64,000 nt of DNA. Source: Somniosus microcephalus. Lineage: Eukaryota. Location: assembly GCA_052327205.1 (NCBI GenBank), contig CM126211.1, forward strand, positions 119,350,001 to 119,414,000, written 5' to 3'. Numbering within the stretch: the stretch's first letter is position 1; the number at the start of each line of letters is the position of its first letter. Position numbers and translations under genes: made by a program. A model generated the notes under the pieces. The model saw only the letters and a list, made by a program, of their open reading frames with translations. It was not told the DNA's origin and made no database searches. Shown here piece after piece: positions 37,357 to 49,392 of the stretch.

Positions 37357-39922
37357 CTCCCTCCCTGCCCCCAGTCTCTCTCTCTTGCAACCCTTACTTC
37401 CTCTCTCTCTCTCCCCCCAGTCCCTCTCTTCTCGCTGCCCGTTCCCCCCTGCTCTCTCTCTCTCTCCCCCTCCCTCCCAGTCTCTCCCAGTTTCTATCTC
37501 CCCCTCCCAGTCTCTCTCTCTCCCCCAGGATAGATGCAGGGAAGATGTTTCCCTGGCTGGGGCATCTAGAACCAGGGGTCACAGTCTCAGAATAAGGGGT
37601 CATCCAGTCACTCTCTCCCCCCCAGTCTCTCTCTGAACCTCAGTCTCTATCTCACGCTCCCGGTCTTGCTCTCTACCTCCTCCCCCATCCAGGCTCTCAC
37701 CCTCTCTCCCCCAGTCCCTCTCTCTCGCTCTCTCCCCATCTCTCCCTTGTGCTCTCCCCAGTCTCTCTCACTCACTCTCTCTCCCAGTCTCTCTCTCGCT
37801 CTCCCCGCCGCCTCTCTCTCGCTCTCCCCGCTGCCTCACTCTCACCCCTAGTCTCTCTCTCACTTGCTCTCCCCCAGCCTCTCACTTGCTCTCTCCTCCA
37901 GTCTCTCTCTTGCTCTCCCCGCCGCCGCTCTCTCCCCCAGTCTCTCTCTCGCTCTCCCCGCTGCCGCTCTCTCCCCCAGTCTCTCTCTCGCTCTCCCCCG
38001 CCGCCGCTCTCTCCCCAGTCTCTCTCTCGCTCTCCCCGCTGCCACTCTCTCCCCGTCCCTCTCTTCCCGTCCCCCAGTCTCTCTCTCGCTCTCCCCGCTG
38101 CCACTCTCTCCCCGTCTCTCTCTCCCCATCTCCCAGTGTCTCTCGCTCTCTCCCCATCCCCCAGTGTCTCTCGCTCTCCCCGTCCCCAGTATCTCTCGCT
38201 CTCTCCCCGTCCCCCAGTGTCTCTCCCCGTCCCCAGTGTCTCTTGCTCTCTCCCCGTCCCCCAGTGTCTCTCCCCGTCCCCCAGTGTCTCTCGCTCTCTC
38301 CCCGTCCCCAGTGTCTCTCGCTCTCTCCCCGTCCCCAGTGTCTCTTGCTCTCTCCCCGTCCCCCAGTGTTTCTCCCCATCCCCCAGTGTCTCTCGCTCTC
38401 TCCCCGTCCCCAGTGTCTCTCGCTCTCCCCCGGTCCCCCAGTGTCTCTCCCCGTCCCCAGTGTCTCTCGCTCTCCCCCGTCCCCCAGTGTCTCTCCCCGT
38501 CCCCAGTGTCTCTCACTCTCCCCCCATCCCCAGGGTCTCTCCCCGTCCCCAGTGTCTCTCGCTCTCTCCCCATCCCCAGTGTCTCTCGCTCTCCCCCCAT
38601 CCCCCAGTGTCTCTCCCCGTCCCCAGTGTCTCTCGCTCTCCCCCATCCCCCAGTGTCTCTCCCCGTCCCCAGTGTCTCTCGCTCTCTCCCTGTCCCCCAG
38701 TGTCTCTTGCTATCTCCCCGTCCCCCAGTGTCTCTCCCCGTCCCCAGTGTCTCTCGCTCTCTCCCCGTCCCCAGTGTCTCTTGCTCTCTCCCCTCCCCCA
38801 GTGTCTCTCCCCGTCCCCCAGTGTCTCTCGCTCTCCCCGTCCCCCAGTCTCTCTCGCTCTCTCCCTGTCCCCAGTCTCTCTCGCTCTCTCCCCACCCCCT
38901 AGTGTCTCTCGCTCTCTCCCCGTCCCCCAGTGTTTCTCGCTCTCTCCCCTCCCCCAGTGTCTCTCCCCGTCCCCCAGTGTCTCTTGCTCTCTCCCCTCCC
39001 CCAGTGTCTCTCCCCATCCCCCAGTGTCTCTCGCTCTCTCCCCGTCCCCAGTGTCTCTCGCTCTCTCCCTGTCCCCCAGTGTCTATCGCTCTCTCCCCGT
39101 CCCCCAGTGTCTCTCGCTCTCTCCCCGTCCCCTAGTGTCTCTCACTCTCTCCCTGTCCCCCAGTGTCTCTCGCTCCCTCCCCCAGTGTCTCTCGCTCCCT
39201 CCCCCAGTGTCTCTCGCTCCCTCCCCATGTCTCTCGCTCTCTCCCCCCAGTGTCTCTCGCTCTCTCCCCCGAGTCTCTCTCCCCCCAAGTCTGCCTGTCT
39301 CTCTCCCCCAGTCTCTCTCCCCCCCCAGTCTGTCTGTCTCTCTCCCCCAGTCTCTCTCTCCCCCCAGTCTCTCTCTCTCTCCCCCTCCCTCTCTACCCCA
39401 GTCTCTCTCTCTCTTGCTCTCTCCCCCAGTCCCTCACTGTCTCCCCAGTCTCTTTCCCTGTCTCTCTTTCTCACTCAACCTCGTCTCTCTCTCCCTGTCT
39501 CTTTCTCTCTCTCTCTCTCCCTCTCTGTTTCTTTCCCTCTCCCTGTTTCTCTCTTTCTCTCCCTGTCTCCCCATCTCTCTGTCAATTCAATTCAATTTCA
39601 ATTCAATTCAAATGCTTTATTGGCATGAAAGTTTACAGAGAACCATATTGCCAAAGCTTTCTCTCTCTCTCTTTCTCTGCCTCTCTCTCTCTGCCCTCCG
39701 TCTCTCTCTCGCTCTCTCTGCCCCAGTCTCCCTCTCCCAGTCTCTCTCTCTCCCCGTCTCTCTCTCTCCCCGTCTCTCTCTCTCCCCGTCTCTGCCCCTC
39801 GACTCTGTCTGTCTCTCCCTTTCTGTCTCTCTCTCCCTCTCTGTCTCTGCCCCATTTCTTTCTCTGTCTCTGCCCCCGTCTCTCTCTCCCCGTCTCTCTC
39901 TCTCTCTCCCCGTCTCTCTTTC
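37357..39922. repeat. CT-rich satellite/minisatellite (CCCCAGTGTCTCTCGCTCT variants)
   Basis: Low-complexity tandem array running into an N gap; its long ORFs are artefacts. Confidence 0.95.
39583..39658 (-). mobile_element. Short LINE 3' tail with AATAAA and (TTGAA)n
   Basis: Minus strand GCTTTGGCAATATGG...CATGCCAATAAAGCATTTGAATTGAATTG embedded in a GA/CT tract. Confidence 0.55.
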
Positions 39923-40057
39923 NNNNNNNNNNNNNNNNNNNNNNNNNNNNNNNNNNNNNNNNNNNNNNNNNNNNNNNNNNNNNNNNNNNNNNNNNNNNNN
40001 NNNNNNNNNNNNNNNNNNNNNNNNNNNNNNNNNNNNNNNNNNNNNNNNNNNNNNNNN
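39923..40057. other. Assembly gap
   Basis: Run of N. Confidence 1.
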
Positions 40058-40590
40058 AAAAGATATTACCTCACACTTACCCACATTAAGTTGCATGTCA
40101 CCTGTGTGCCATTCTGCTAACCTACCTTTCTGAAATCTATATAGTTCTTCTTGCGATTTGTCATACCCCTTACTTTTAGATCAACAAATTTCAAGATTAT
40201 GCTCTCTATGCCCAAGTCTAAATTATCTATCTATACCAAAAACAAAAGTGGATCCAGCACTGGTTCCTGGAATACACTACTTACAAACATTATCTAATCC
40301 AAGCAACACCCATTTACCCTAAAGTTTTGTTTCTTGTTCATCAACTAACTTTCTTTCCATGCGACTACTTTTCTTTCCATACAAAATGTCTTTATTTTTA
40401 TAACAAGCCTCTTGTGAGACACCCTATTAAACACCTCTGAAAATCCATATACACTACATCCACTTTAACTTTTTCAAAAAAAAGTAAAATTTGTCAAATC
40501 CGACTAACCTTTAACAAATCCATGCTGACTCCTTAATTAACCAATACAATTCTAAACGCTCACTAATTTTACCTTGAATTATGGATTCTA
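40058..40590 (-). mobile_element. Old CR1 RT fragment
   Basis: Minus strand LNVGKCEVISF and LIKESAW (SQHG-derived) remnants. Confidence 0.65.
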
Positions 40591-41017
40591 GAGGGACGAA
40601 ATTTCGATCGATCGCCTTGCTCTGTCTCATTTGCATATTGCTAGTTTGAACAAAAAGCTGCCTCCTGCCAGTAACAGGAAAGTGACCCATAATATTCACT
40701 TTACGATCATTTGTCAAGACACTATTTCTTCTAGAACCTACAATGTGGGAAATAATTTTAATGATGCCCACACACTGCTTTCACAACTTGACTGTTACTT
40801 AGACTGTTACTTATGCTTCATGGTTATTCACGACTGCATGGTGAAGCTCCATTATTACTTGGACTACCTGAAAGTGATTGTTGTTTGATTGAAGTCACCA
40901 ACAATCTATTATAAAATGGCTCCAGTGGGATGTCTGATTTTAGCACGTGAACAGAAATTTATAATATATACTTTTGCCAATTTTTTTCCAGAACATCTTT
41001 TGAAATTTAAAACTTAC

Positions 41018-41102
41018 TTTTTTATGCAATAAAAACCCTGTTTAAATTTGTGTGTGGGCATATGGTTGTCCTTTTCCATCTCTTGCTCTGTCTCAGTTGA
41101 CT
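41018..41102 (-). CDS. Small internal exon of the host gene (ESTETEQEMEKDNHMPTHKFKQGFYCIK)
   Basis: CTGAC branch point, polypyrimidine TTTAG acceptor and GTAAGT donor. Phase 1 in, phase 2 out, matching the exon at 23651. Confidence 0.65.
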
Positions 41103-41218
41103 CTAAAGCAAAGAGTAAAATAGAGAAATGTCAGAATGATCAATAATGGTGTCAAAAATGCTTTTTAATCACTGAAATTGGTTATATAACTTGTTTGTCA
41201 AATTCATTCTAAAATTAC

Positions 41219-41285
41219 CATTAATTGCAGGTTTCCAACGGGTTTGAGTCTTCTTCCGATTCTTTAGCTTTTTACAGAAACAGCA
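41219..41285 (-). CDS. Small internal exon of the host gene (CCFCKKLKNRKKTQTRWKPAIN)
   Basis: TTTATTTTTAG acceptor and GTAATT donor; ends phase 1, giving G|AG in frame with the next exon. Confidence 0.6.
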
Positions 41286-42658
41286 CTAAAAATAAACAAA
41301 CATTTCATTTTTATTCGGATAGACTAGAAAATGAACTAATAATTCAGCAGCAATATGTGCCAATGAAGTGTTGAGGGGGGCAACATTCATTTTAGAAAAA
41401 CACTTATGAAAATGGGATAATCTGGTGTATGTACACAATTCACACATACAGCTGCTATATACATCTATTTATATAGTAATATCACTGAGCCACAAAATTC
41501 CATTTCAAAATGCACTGAAAACTTCTGTGGCAGGTTGTCTAAAGCAAAACCCAATGTAAAAATGTCATTATTTACACCTGGAGGTGGTGCTGTGATAAGG
41601 CCGTGTTATGTTAAAAGGCCATATAACATTAGCTCAGGAATGAGCTGTTGTGGCTGCTGTTTGATGCCTCAGTAATTCATCTATCATTAATATTCCCAAA
41701 GCTACTATATGGTTACGCATCAGCATTATTCCAACAGTTCAAGCGTGACCTAAATCCGAGGAAGATCTTGAAGCCCTTGATCAGGTATAACAAGCCAATT
41801 TGCGACAGTACCAAATAAATTTGCATGGCTTTTTAAAAAAGCATGTCAGCCTCCAACTGTCCCTTCAGGTCTGAGTACACGTACTCGAATTTCTAAGTGC
41901 TCATCTGCTGAAAGAACTTTCAGTGCATTCTTTCACTGCACCAAAGTGTAATCCCAATTCTCCTATGTCCTGTTCCTGTCTCATTTGTCTAATCCCACTG
42001 GATCTGACTCAATGGGTGGGAATTTGCGTTGGGTAATAACAGCGAACTAACAGCATTCGCCGTTATTACCCCTTTGAAACTGTCTGCAACTTCAGGATGT
42101 AGTGCATGTGCAACTAAACGCGGAAATCCTGAAGTTGCGGTCAGTCATTCACTGCTCCGACACTGGCTGCGCTGTGCCCCTCCCACCATAGCTGGCAATC
42201 TGTGTAATCAGTGAAACTGATGAAAACTTGGGATTTTCCACAGTAATATCGCTGTTAAATACCCCATTAAATGTTAGGCCTTGTTGGATTAGGTGTAACT
42301 GGGGTTTTAACAGCGTATTGGCTGCTAAACAATGGTTATGGCCCTGAAAAACTAGTTTTAATTTTGTGAAGTGTCAAATTTCCTCATTATGATAACAATT
42401 ACAGTTTTTAAGAAACTTAAAAAAAAAATTGTTTGTTCATGATATTTCAGGTTCTAAATTTTCCCCATGCGAGAGCCCCAATCTTTGTAACGCTCTCGCT
42501 AAAAAGTTGGGGGGGAAAATTGGGTCGTGTCCCCTTTGGGGTGCTAACTTTGCTGGGGCGCTAAAAGCCCTGAAAAAGTTAGCGCCCCCGCGCCGGAAAT
42601 TGAACAGTAGCGCCCCAAGCAGGAGGTGGGGCGCTACTGGAAGCACTGGAGAGAATGA

Positions 42659-43508
42659 NNNNNNNNNNNNNNNNNNNNNNNNNNNNNNNNNNNNNNNNNN
42701 NNNNNNNNNNNNNNNNNNNNNNNNNNNNNNNNNNNNNNNNNNNNNNNNNNNNNNNNNNNNNNNNNNNNNNNNNNNNNNNNNNNNNNNNNNNNNNNNNNNN
42801 NNNNNNNNNNNNNNNACAGAGAGAGAGATGGGAGTCAGAGACAGAGAGACCTAGAGAGAGAGACCTAGAGAGAGACTGACAAGAGAGAGAAAGACTGACA
42901 GAGAGAGACTGACAGAGAGAGAGAGACTGAGAGAGAGAGAGACCGAGAGAGAGAGAGAGAGAGAGACTGAGAGAGACAGAGAGAGAGACAGAGAGTGGGG
43001 GGGGGGAGCAGAGACAGAGAGAGAGATGGGGGCAGAGACAGAGAGAGAGAGAGACGGGGGCAGAGACAGAGAGAGAGGGAGACGGGGCAGAGAAAGAGAG
43101 AGAGAGACAGGGGGCAGAGACAGGGAGACCTAGAGAGAGACTGACAAGAGAGAGAAAGACTGACAGAGAGAGACTGACAGAGAGAGAGAGACTGAGAGAG
43201 AGAGAGACCGAGAGAGAGAGAGAGAGAGAGAGACTGAGAGAGACAGAGAGAGAGACAGAGAGTGGGGGGGGGAGCAGAGACAGAGNNNNNNNNNNNNNNN
43301 NNNNNNNNNNNNNNNNNNNNNNNNNNNNNNNNNNNNNNNNNNNNNNNNNNNNNNNNNNNNNNNNNNNNNNNNNNNNNNNNNNNNNNNNNNNNNNNNNNNN
43401 NNNNNNNNNNNNNNNNNNNNNNNNNNNNNNNNNNNNNNNNNNNNNNNNNNNNNNNNNNNNNNNNNNNNNNNNNNNNNNNNNNNNNNNNNNNNNNNNNNNN
43501 NNNNNNNN
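42659..43508. repeat. GA-rich repeat between two assembly gaps (42659-42815, 43286-43508)
   Basis: (GA)n/GACA variants flanked by N runs. Confidence 0.95.
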
Positions 43509-43767
43509 ACAAATTTCTCCATTATGATAAAAATTGTAATTTTTAAGAAACTTTATAATAGTTTTTATAAGTTTGCTCATGATTATTTCAGGTTCTGCCT
43601 TATCCCCATGTGAGAGCCCCAATCTATGTTTTACTCTCTAACATTTTTTAAAAAACGGAGAAAAGCAGGCTCTCATTTCCTGCTTCCCTGCCTGTGAGAA
43701 TTCTGCAATGTGATTTAGACAGCTTGTTGGCGTCACAGCAGATCGCGTTAGGGGTTCCCCACTATAC

Positions 43768-44555
43768 TCTCTTCTTCTTCATCGGCAGTCCCTCGGAACC
43801 GAGGATGACTTGCTTCCACATTAAAAGTGAGTTCTCAGGTGACTGATGAGTCCAATGCGGGACCTACAGTCTTTGTCACAGGTGGGGCAGGCGGTGGTTG
43901 AAGGGGCGGGTGGGTGGGGTGCTTGGGTTGACATGCGCTCCTTGCGCTGCCTGTGCTTGGCTTCCGCTTGCTCCCGGCGAAGAGACTCGAGGTGTTCATC
44001 ACCTTCCCGGATGCTTCTCCTCCACTTTGTGCGGTCTTGGGCCAGGGATTCCCAGGTGTCGGTGGGGATGTTGCACTTTTTCAAGGCGGCTTTGAGGGTG
44101 TCCTTGAAGCGTTTCCTCTGCCCACTTTGGGCTCTCTTGCCCTGTCGGAGCTCCGAGTAGAGCGCTTGTTTTGGGAGTCTCGTATTGGGCATGCGGACGA
44201 TGTGACCCGTCCATCGGAGCTGATCGAGCATGGTCAAAGCTTCGATGCTGCGGATGTTGGCCTGAGCGAGAACACGGACGTTGGTGCGCCTATCCTGCCA
44301 ATGAATTTGCAGGATCTTGCAGAGGCTGCATTGGTGGTACCTCTCCAGTGCTTTGAGGTGCCTGCTGTACATGGTCCATGTCTCTGAGGCATACAGCAGG
44401 GCGGGTATCACTGCTGCTCTGTGGACCATGAGCTTGGTGCCGGGTTTGAGGTCCTGGCCTTCAAACACTCTCTTCCTCAGGCAACCGAAGGCTTCACTGG
44501 CACACTGAAGGCTGTGTTGGACTTTGTCATCGATGCCTGCCCTTGTGACAGTAGG
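43768..44555 (-). mobile_element. RTE LINE 3' fragment
   Basis: ORF 43821-44558 ends CPTCDKDCRSRIGLISHLRTHF; (GAA)n tail. Confidence 0.92.
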
Positions 44556-44875
44556 CACCGCACTGAAATCACTTGCGTGCTGAAAAAGGGAAACTTCTCG
44601 CCACAGAGATCTCTGTGGACAGCTTTCTTCAGGGCCAGTGGCGAATGTGTTGCGTTTGCAAAGATAATCCAGAGGCCGTAAGCAGAGCTCAGTTCATGTT
44701 GCTTTTAATGACTGATCCAAACACACTCTACAGGCAAAAGCAATTGAAAACCTATATCCAATGTCAGACACAATACAACGATAATAGCACTATCGAACTC
44801 CATGTGCTCAGGCCAAGGCAATCGAGTACCTATCACCAATGTCAGACATAACATTTCCTCCCCCCTCACAGAATT

Positions 44876-47800
44876 TCAAACATGAAATGTAGTGACAAAG
44901 TCCTGTAGGTGGCCAGGGCGAGAACGTGTACGAACAGGCCAAGGTGTGGACTGGTGAAGAGCAGGCCGAAGTGGGGACTGGTGAGGAGCAGGCTGAGGCA
45001 CAATATCTGCTTGAGGGTTGGCTGGCTGAGCCACATGTGCATCCCGCCACTCTGGGGGTATGGCTTGGGGATTAGGTCCGTATAATCCCGCATCAGGGGG
45101 TGCTGGTACCTTCCGAAGGCGGCTGGCATGCCACCGAGAGCCGTCAGTGAGGCAGAAAGTGGCTGGTCCAAGTTGGCGGCTGATTTGGAGAGGGGAGGAC
45201 CAGAATGAGGCCATCTTATTGTTGCGGTGAGGCCTGCGGACTCTGACCCAATCGGAGACTGAGATGTTGGGTGCCTTGGCCCTCTTCGACTGGTCGAAGC
45301 GGAGTTTCATCTTCTCCTGCTGTCTAGCGACTGTGGCTTGAGCCGGTGGAGCAGGGCTCTGAGCTAGCGAGGGGCGGAGCCTGCCAAGGGGCAGCATGAG
45401 CTCACGGCCTAGCATGAGGGATGCCGGTGAGACCCCTGTAGTGGAATGCTGGGAGGCGCTGTAGTGCAGCAGTGTGTGGAGGAGGGCCTTGTCAAACGCA
45501 CACCCCTGGGATAGGTGTGCTCTGAGGCCATTTTTCAGTGTCTGGTTAAAACGCTCCACCCCCCCATTTGACCCGGGGTGGTAGTTTGTGCGTATGTGAC
45601 GGATGCCCTTGCTCTCAAGGTAAGAGGAGAGTTCCGAAGAGACTATTTGGGGGCCATTGTCTGTGGTGATGGCCTTTGGATGCCCCCAGCGGGAGAAGAG
45701 GGACTCAAGGGTATCGATGATGACCCGAGAGGTGACGGAGCCCACGGCAGTGACCTCTGGCCATTTTGAGTGCAGGTCATAGGTCACCACTAGGAACCGT
45801 TGATGGTGGGGGACACCATGGATCTCCTCGCAGACGTCCAGCTGCAGGTGCTCCCAGGGCTGAGAGGGCCAGGCATGGGGTTGCAGGGGTGGAGGAGCTT
45901 GGTGGCCAGTCTTGCCACTTACAAGGCAGGCTGCACAGTCCTTGACCAGGGCCTCGATTTCCCTGTCGATACCCGGCCACCACACTAGGTCTCGGCATCG
46001 TTGTTTGAGCTTCACTATGCCCAAGTGGCCCTCCTGCGCCATGGATAAAACACGCGCACGAAGGGCACTTGGGACCACAGTGCAGAGCCCACGTGCAACA
46101 CAGGAGTCATTCCAGCAGGAGAGCTCCTCTTTAACTCTGGAGTAGGCAGACAGTTCCTCAGGCACCTTGCGAGGCCAGCCATCTCTGATGAAGGTGCACA
46201 GCTGGGAGAGGGCCGGATCCTGTTCAGAGGCCTCTTTGAGCTCCTGGAGAGAGACTGTGGTTTGGAGAGGCGTGTGCAGCATCTGGACGATATCCTGTTC
46301 CACTTGTTCAGACCCGACGAGTGGGGCTGGGGCAGAGACAGTGCGGGAGAGCAGATCTGCAACAACATTGTCACATCCTGGTGTGAACTGGAGACTGAAA
46401 TTGTATTGGCGGAGGCGGTCAGACCAGCGGTGTAGACGCAGTGGTCTGTGGCCCATGCCGGATGTCGGCAGCAGGGCAGTGAGAGTCTGGTGATCGGTTC
46501 GCAGGGTGAAGGCATGGTCATACGTGTACAGGTGCCACTGCTCACATGCCCAGATGCACGCCAGCGCCTCACGCTCGCCTACTGAGTACTTCTGTTCAGT
46601 GGGGCTAAGGGCTCGGGAGGCAAAGGCGATTGGTTTCTCCACTCCATTCTGTATCTGTGATAACACCGCCCCCACAGCTGCAGTGGACACATCGCAGGTG
46701 ACGAGGGTGGGGCTGGCGACGTCAAAGTGAGCCAACACTGGAGGCGACGTGAGCTGCGATTTGAGGAGGCGAACAGCTTCTGTACAGGCTTGTGACCACA
46801 CCCAGGGCTCATCCTTTCGCAGGAGCTGGTGCAGTGGGGCTGTGGTGGCTGAGTACTGGGGCAAAAACTTCAGGTAGTACCTAGTCATGCCAAGGAAGGA
46901 GGCAACCTGTGCTGCAGAGCTGGGTTCCGGGATGCTGTGAATGGCATCCACGTTTGACTGGAGTGGGGATATACCGTCAGCCGACAACCGAAACCCCACA
47001 AATTCAATCTCTGAAACAGCAAAGACACACTTTTCGCCATTCAGTGTGAGCTTGTGTTTTGCTAGAGCTGTGAAAACTCTGTGAAGGCGTTCGTCGTGAG
47101 TGGAGGTCGAGGGCCCATGCACGACGATGTCATCCAGGTAGATGACCACCCCAGGAATGCCCGCGAGCACAGAGGACATCACCTTTTGGAAGCAGCTGGG
47201 TGCAGAGCTAAGTCCAAATGGCATCCTGGTGTACCGAAAGACACCAGCATGTGTCACGAAAGCAGTGAGGTCCCTGCTGCTGGGGTGGAGGGGAACCTGT
47301 AGATAGCCCTGTCGAAGGTCCAGTTTTGAGAACAGGATGGAACCATAGAACTGCGCTGTGAGTTCCTCTGACGTGGGCAGTGGATATTTGTCAGGGATTA
47401 CGGCCTTATTCACTGCTCGAAAGTCGACACAGACATGTAGACCACCTGACTTTTTTGTTGCGACCACCAGGTTGGAGACCCATGGGGAGGCATCAACTGG
47501 TTCGATGATGCCAGCTTCCAGTAGCTGCTTTAGTTCAGCTGTGACCCCGTCACGGAGAGCAAGCGGGATGCGGCGCAGTGGCTGAATGACAGGGGTAATG
47601 GTGGAGTCAACCATGGGCTGGTGGGTGAAGGCAGTCAGGCAGCCCAGACCCTCGAAGAGTACTGGCCATGTTTGGCGCCACGGTGAGGCAACGTGCAGAA
47701 TCGCAGACCCGCCGGTGTCCAAGAGAGAAAAACCCAGGTCAGTGAAAAGATCCAGTCCCATCAGGTTAGCTCCTTGGCGTGCCACATGAAAACAAAAATC

Positions 47801-48844
47801 TGGCAAAACTTTTGTTCCATAGCGTACAGTGAGGTTGACTGAGCCCACTAGTCCAATTTTTGAATTACCATAGCGGCAAAGGGCAGTGGAGAGCGCAGAG
47901 AGTGGCAGGGAGCTGAAAAAGCATTTGAATGTGTCCACATTCAGCAGTGAGATGCTGGCACTGGTATCCAACAACAGCGGGATGCACACATCATTCAGGT
48001 TAATTGTGCATGACTTGAAAGCCACTACTGGCCCAGAGCTCCCGTTGTGAATTATAGTGCTTGAGGACTGAGAGTGTTCATTTGTAGCAACTGGGGCAGA
48101 GCGGCAGACATTGGCAAAGCGATTTTGTTTTCCACAATTGCGACAGGCTTGGCCGTGCGCGAAGCAATTCTGCGCTCTGGTAGCATGTGAACGAGATCTG
48201 CAGTTTCCACACTGTTGCCGCGGTAGCGCGCGTTGCTGCCATCGTGCAAGCATTACCGTGTCAGAGCTGTCGGGGCCGAGGGCGCTGTCACTGGGTGTGT
48301 GTGCTAGTTTTGCTGCACATTCGGCTGCAGACTCCACTTGAAAGGCAATGTTGACTGCCTGTGACAACGACAGATCGTCGGGCTTGAGTAACAGTCTTTC
48401 ATGCACTCTGACGTTGTTGTTGTGCTCTATTAGTTGATCACGCACCATCTCATCTTGTAGTGCACCGAACTTGCATGAGCTAGCTAACCCCCTCAAATTA
48501 GCCACGTATTGATGCACCGACTCGCCGGGGAGTTGGTGACGCTGTCTAAAAATGAATCGCCACAGGAGGGCATTTTGTGGGGCAGAGAAGTGTGTGCTTA
48601 ACAGAGCCACAGCCTCATCATATGTTTGAATTGAGTCTGCTGTGCATAATGTCCCAAGAACATGCTGGCCCTCCGCTCCCAAGCAATGGGATAACAGTGC
48701 CTTTTTCCGTGATGTACTCACATTTTCTAGTCCAAGAGCAATGAGGTAGGTTTCAAAGGACTGTAACCAGCAAACCCATGGGATCGGCGGCTCACCGGGT
48801 AGTGCAAGGAAGGGAGGAGGTGGTGGAAGAGAGATTTCAGCCAT
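44876..48844 (-). CDS. Single Gag-Pol polyprotein (Gag zinc knuckles, protease, RT, RNase H, integrase), about 1322 aa
   Basis: Uninterrupted ORF with LLDTSAS, YLDD, EREALA, TDNGPQ and GGVERFN; order PR-RT-RH-IN. Confidence 0.9.
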   Translation of the reverse strand: MAEISLPPPPPFLALPGEPPIPWVCWLQSFETYLIALGLENVSTSRKKALLSHCLGAEGQHVLGTLCTADSIQTYDEAVALLSTHFSAPQNALLWRFIFRQRHQLPGESVHQYVANLRGLASSCKFGALQDEMVRDQLIEHNNNVRVHERLLLKPDDLSLSQAVNIAFQVESAAECAAKLAHTPSDSALGPDSSDTVMLARWQQRALPRQQCGNCRSRSHATRAQNCFAHGQACRNCGKQNRFANVCRSAPVATNEHSQSSSTIIHNGSSGPVVAFKSCTINLNDVCIPLLLDTSASISLLNVDTFKCFFSSLPLSALSTALCRYGNSKIGLVGSVNLTVRYGTKVLPDFCFHVARQGANLMGLDLFTDLGFSLLDTGGSAILHVASPWRQTWPVLFEGLGCLTAFTHQPMVDSTITPVIQPLRRIPLALRDGVTAELKQLLEAGIIEPVDASPWVSNLVVATKKSGGLHVCVDFRAVNKAVIPDKYPLPTSEELTAQFYGSILFSKLDLRQGYLQVPLHPSSRDLTAFVTHAGVFRYTRMPFGLSSAPSCFQKVMSSVLAGIPGVVIYLDDIVVHGPSTSTHDERLHRVFTALAKHKLTLNGEKCVFAVSEIEFVGFRLSADGISPLQSNVDAIHSIPEPSSAAQVASFLGMTRYYLKFLPQYSATTAPLHQLLRKDEPWVWSQACTEAVRLLKSQLTSPPVLAHFDVASPTLVTCDVSTAAVGAVLSQIQNGVEKPIAFASRALSPTEQKYSVGEREALACIWACEQWHLYTYDHAFTLRTDHQTLTALLPTSGMGHRPLRLHRWSDRLRQYNFSLQFTPGCDNVVADLLSRTVSAPAPLVGSEQVEQDIVQMLHTPLQTTVSLQELKEASEQDPALSQLCTFIRDGWPRKVPEELSAYSRVKEELSCWNDSCVARGLCTVVPSALRARVLSMAQEGHLGIVKLKQRCRDLVWWPGIDREIEALVKDCAACLVSGKTGHQAPPPLQPHAWPSQPWEHLQLDVCEEIHGVPHHQRFLVVTYDLHSKWPEVTAVGSVTSRVIIDTLESLFSRWGHPKAITTDNGPQIVSSELSSYLESKGIRHIRTNYHPGSNGGVERFNQTLKNGLRAHLSQGCAFDKALLHTLLHYSASQHSTTGVSPASLMLGRELMLPLGRLRPSLAQSPAPPAQATVARQQEKMKLRFDQSKRAKAPNISVSDWVRVRRPHRNNKMASFWSSPLQISRQLGPATFCLTDGSRWHASRLRKVPAPPDAGLYGPNPQAIPPEWRDAHVAQPANPQADIVPQPAPHQSPLRPALHQSTPWPVRTRSRPGHLQDFVTTFHV

Positions 48845-48964
48845 CCTCGTCGCCAAATGTTGCGTTTGCAAAGATAATCCAGAGGCCGTAAGCAGAGCTC
48901 AGTTCATGTTGCTTTTAATGGCTGATCCAAACACACTCTACAGGCAAAAGCAATCGAATACCTA

Positions 48965-49392
48965 TGTAAGAGTCATGAAAGAAAATACTTTAAAATATTG
49001 GTTAAATAGTATAATACAGTTAATTTACCTGACTGACTTATTGTATTGAGAAACCCCCTCTTTTCTTGTTACAATAGTATAGGCTGAGTGACCCCCTTTA
49101 TTCTTGCTACAATGGTACAGTCCTTGAGCTTGTCACATGGTATCCAGCCATTTTACAGCTCAAGCACCACGAGGCTGGAGAAGGCAGAAGCTTTGAGGGC
49201 TGGAGCAATACAGTTTTTGACCGTGTGCGTTTAAACGTGTTTTGCTTTGTAATTCTGTTTGTAAGGTGTTACAGTAAACAGTTTAAAGATAAAGTTATGG
49301 TTTGGAACATTTTATTTCGACACGCGTCTACTCGTTGCTAAAGCCTCAAAGCTCAGTGGCTGCATGTTTGGAAATTACGAAGTGCCACTACA
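48965..49392. mobile_element. Solo LTR of another family inserted in the Gypsy A 5' LTR
   Basis: TGTAAG...CTACA, 428 bp, 5-bp TSD ACCTA; host LTR rejoins exactly. Confidence 0.85.

Noticed and set aside
37749-40133. Long ORFs (up to 794 aa) in the CT satellite and across N gaps
   Set aside because: Low-complexity repeats lacking stop codons; not genes.
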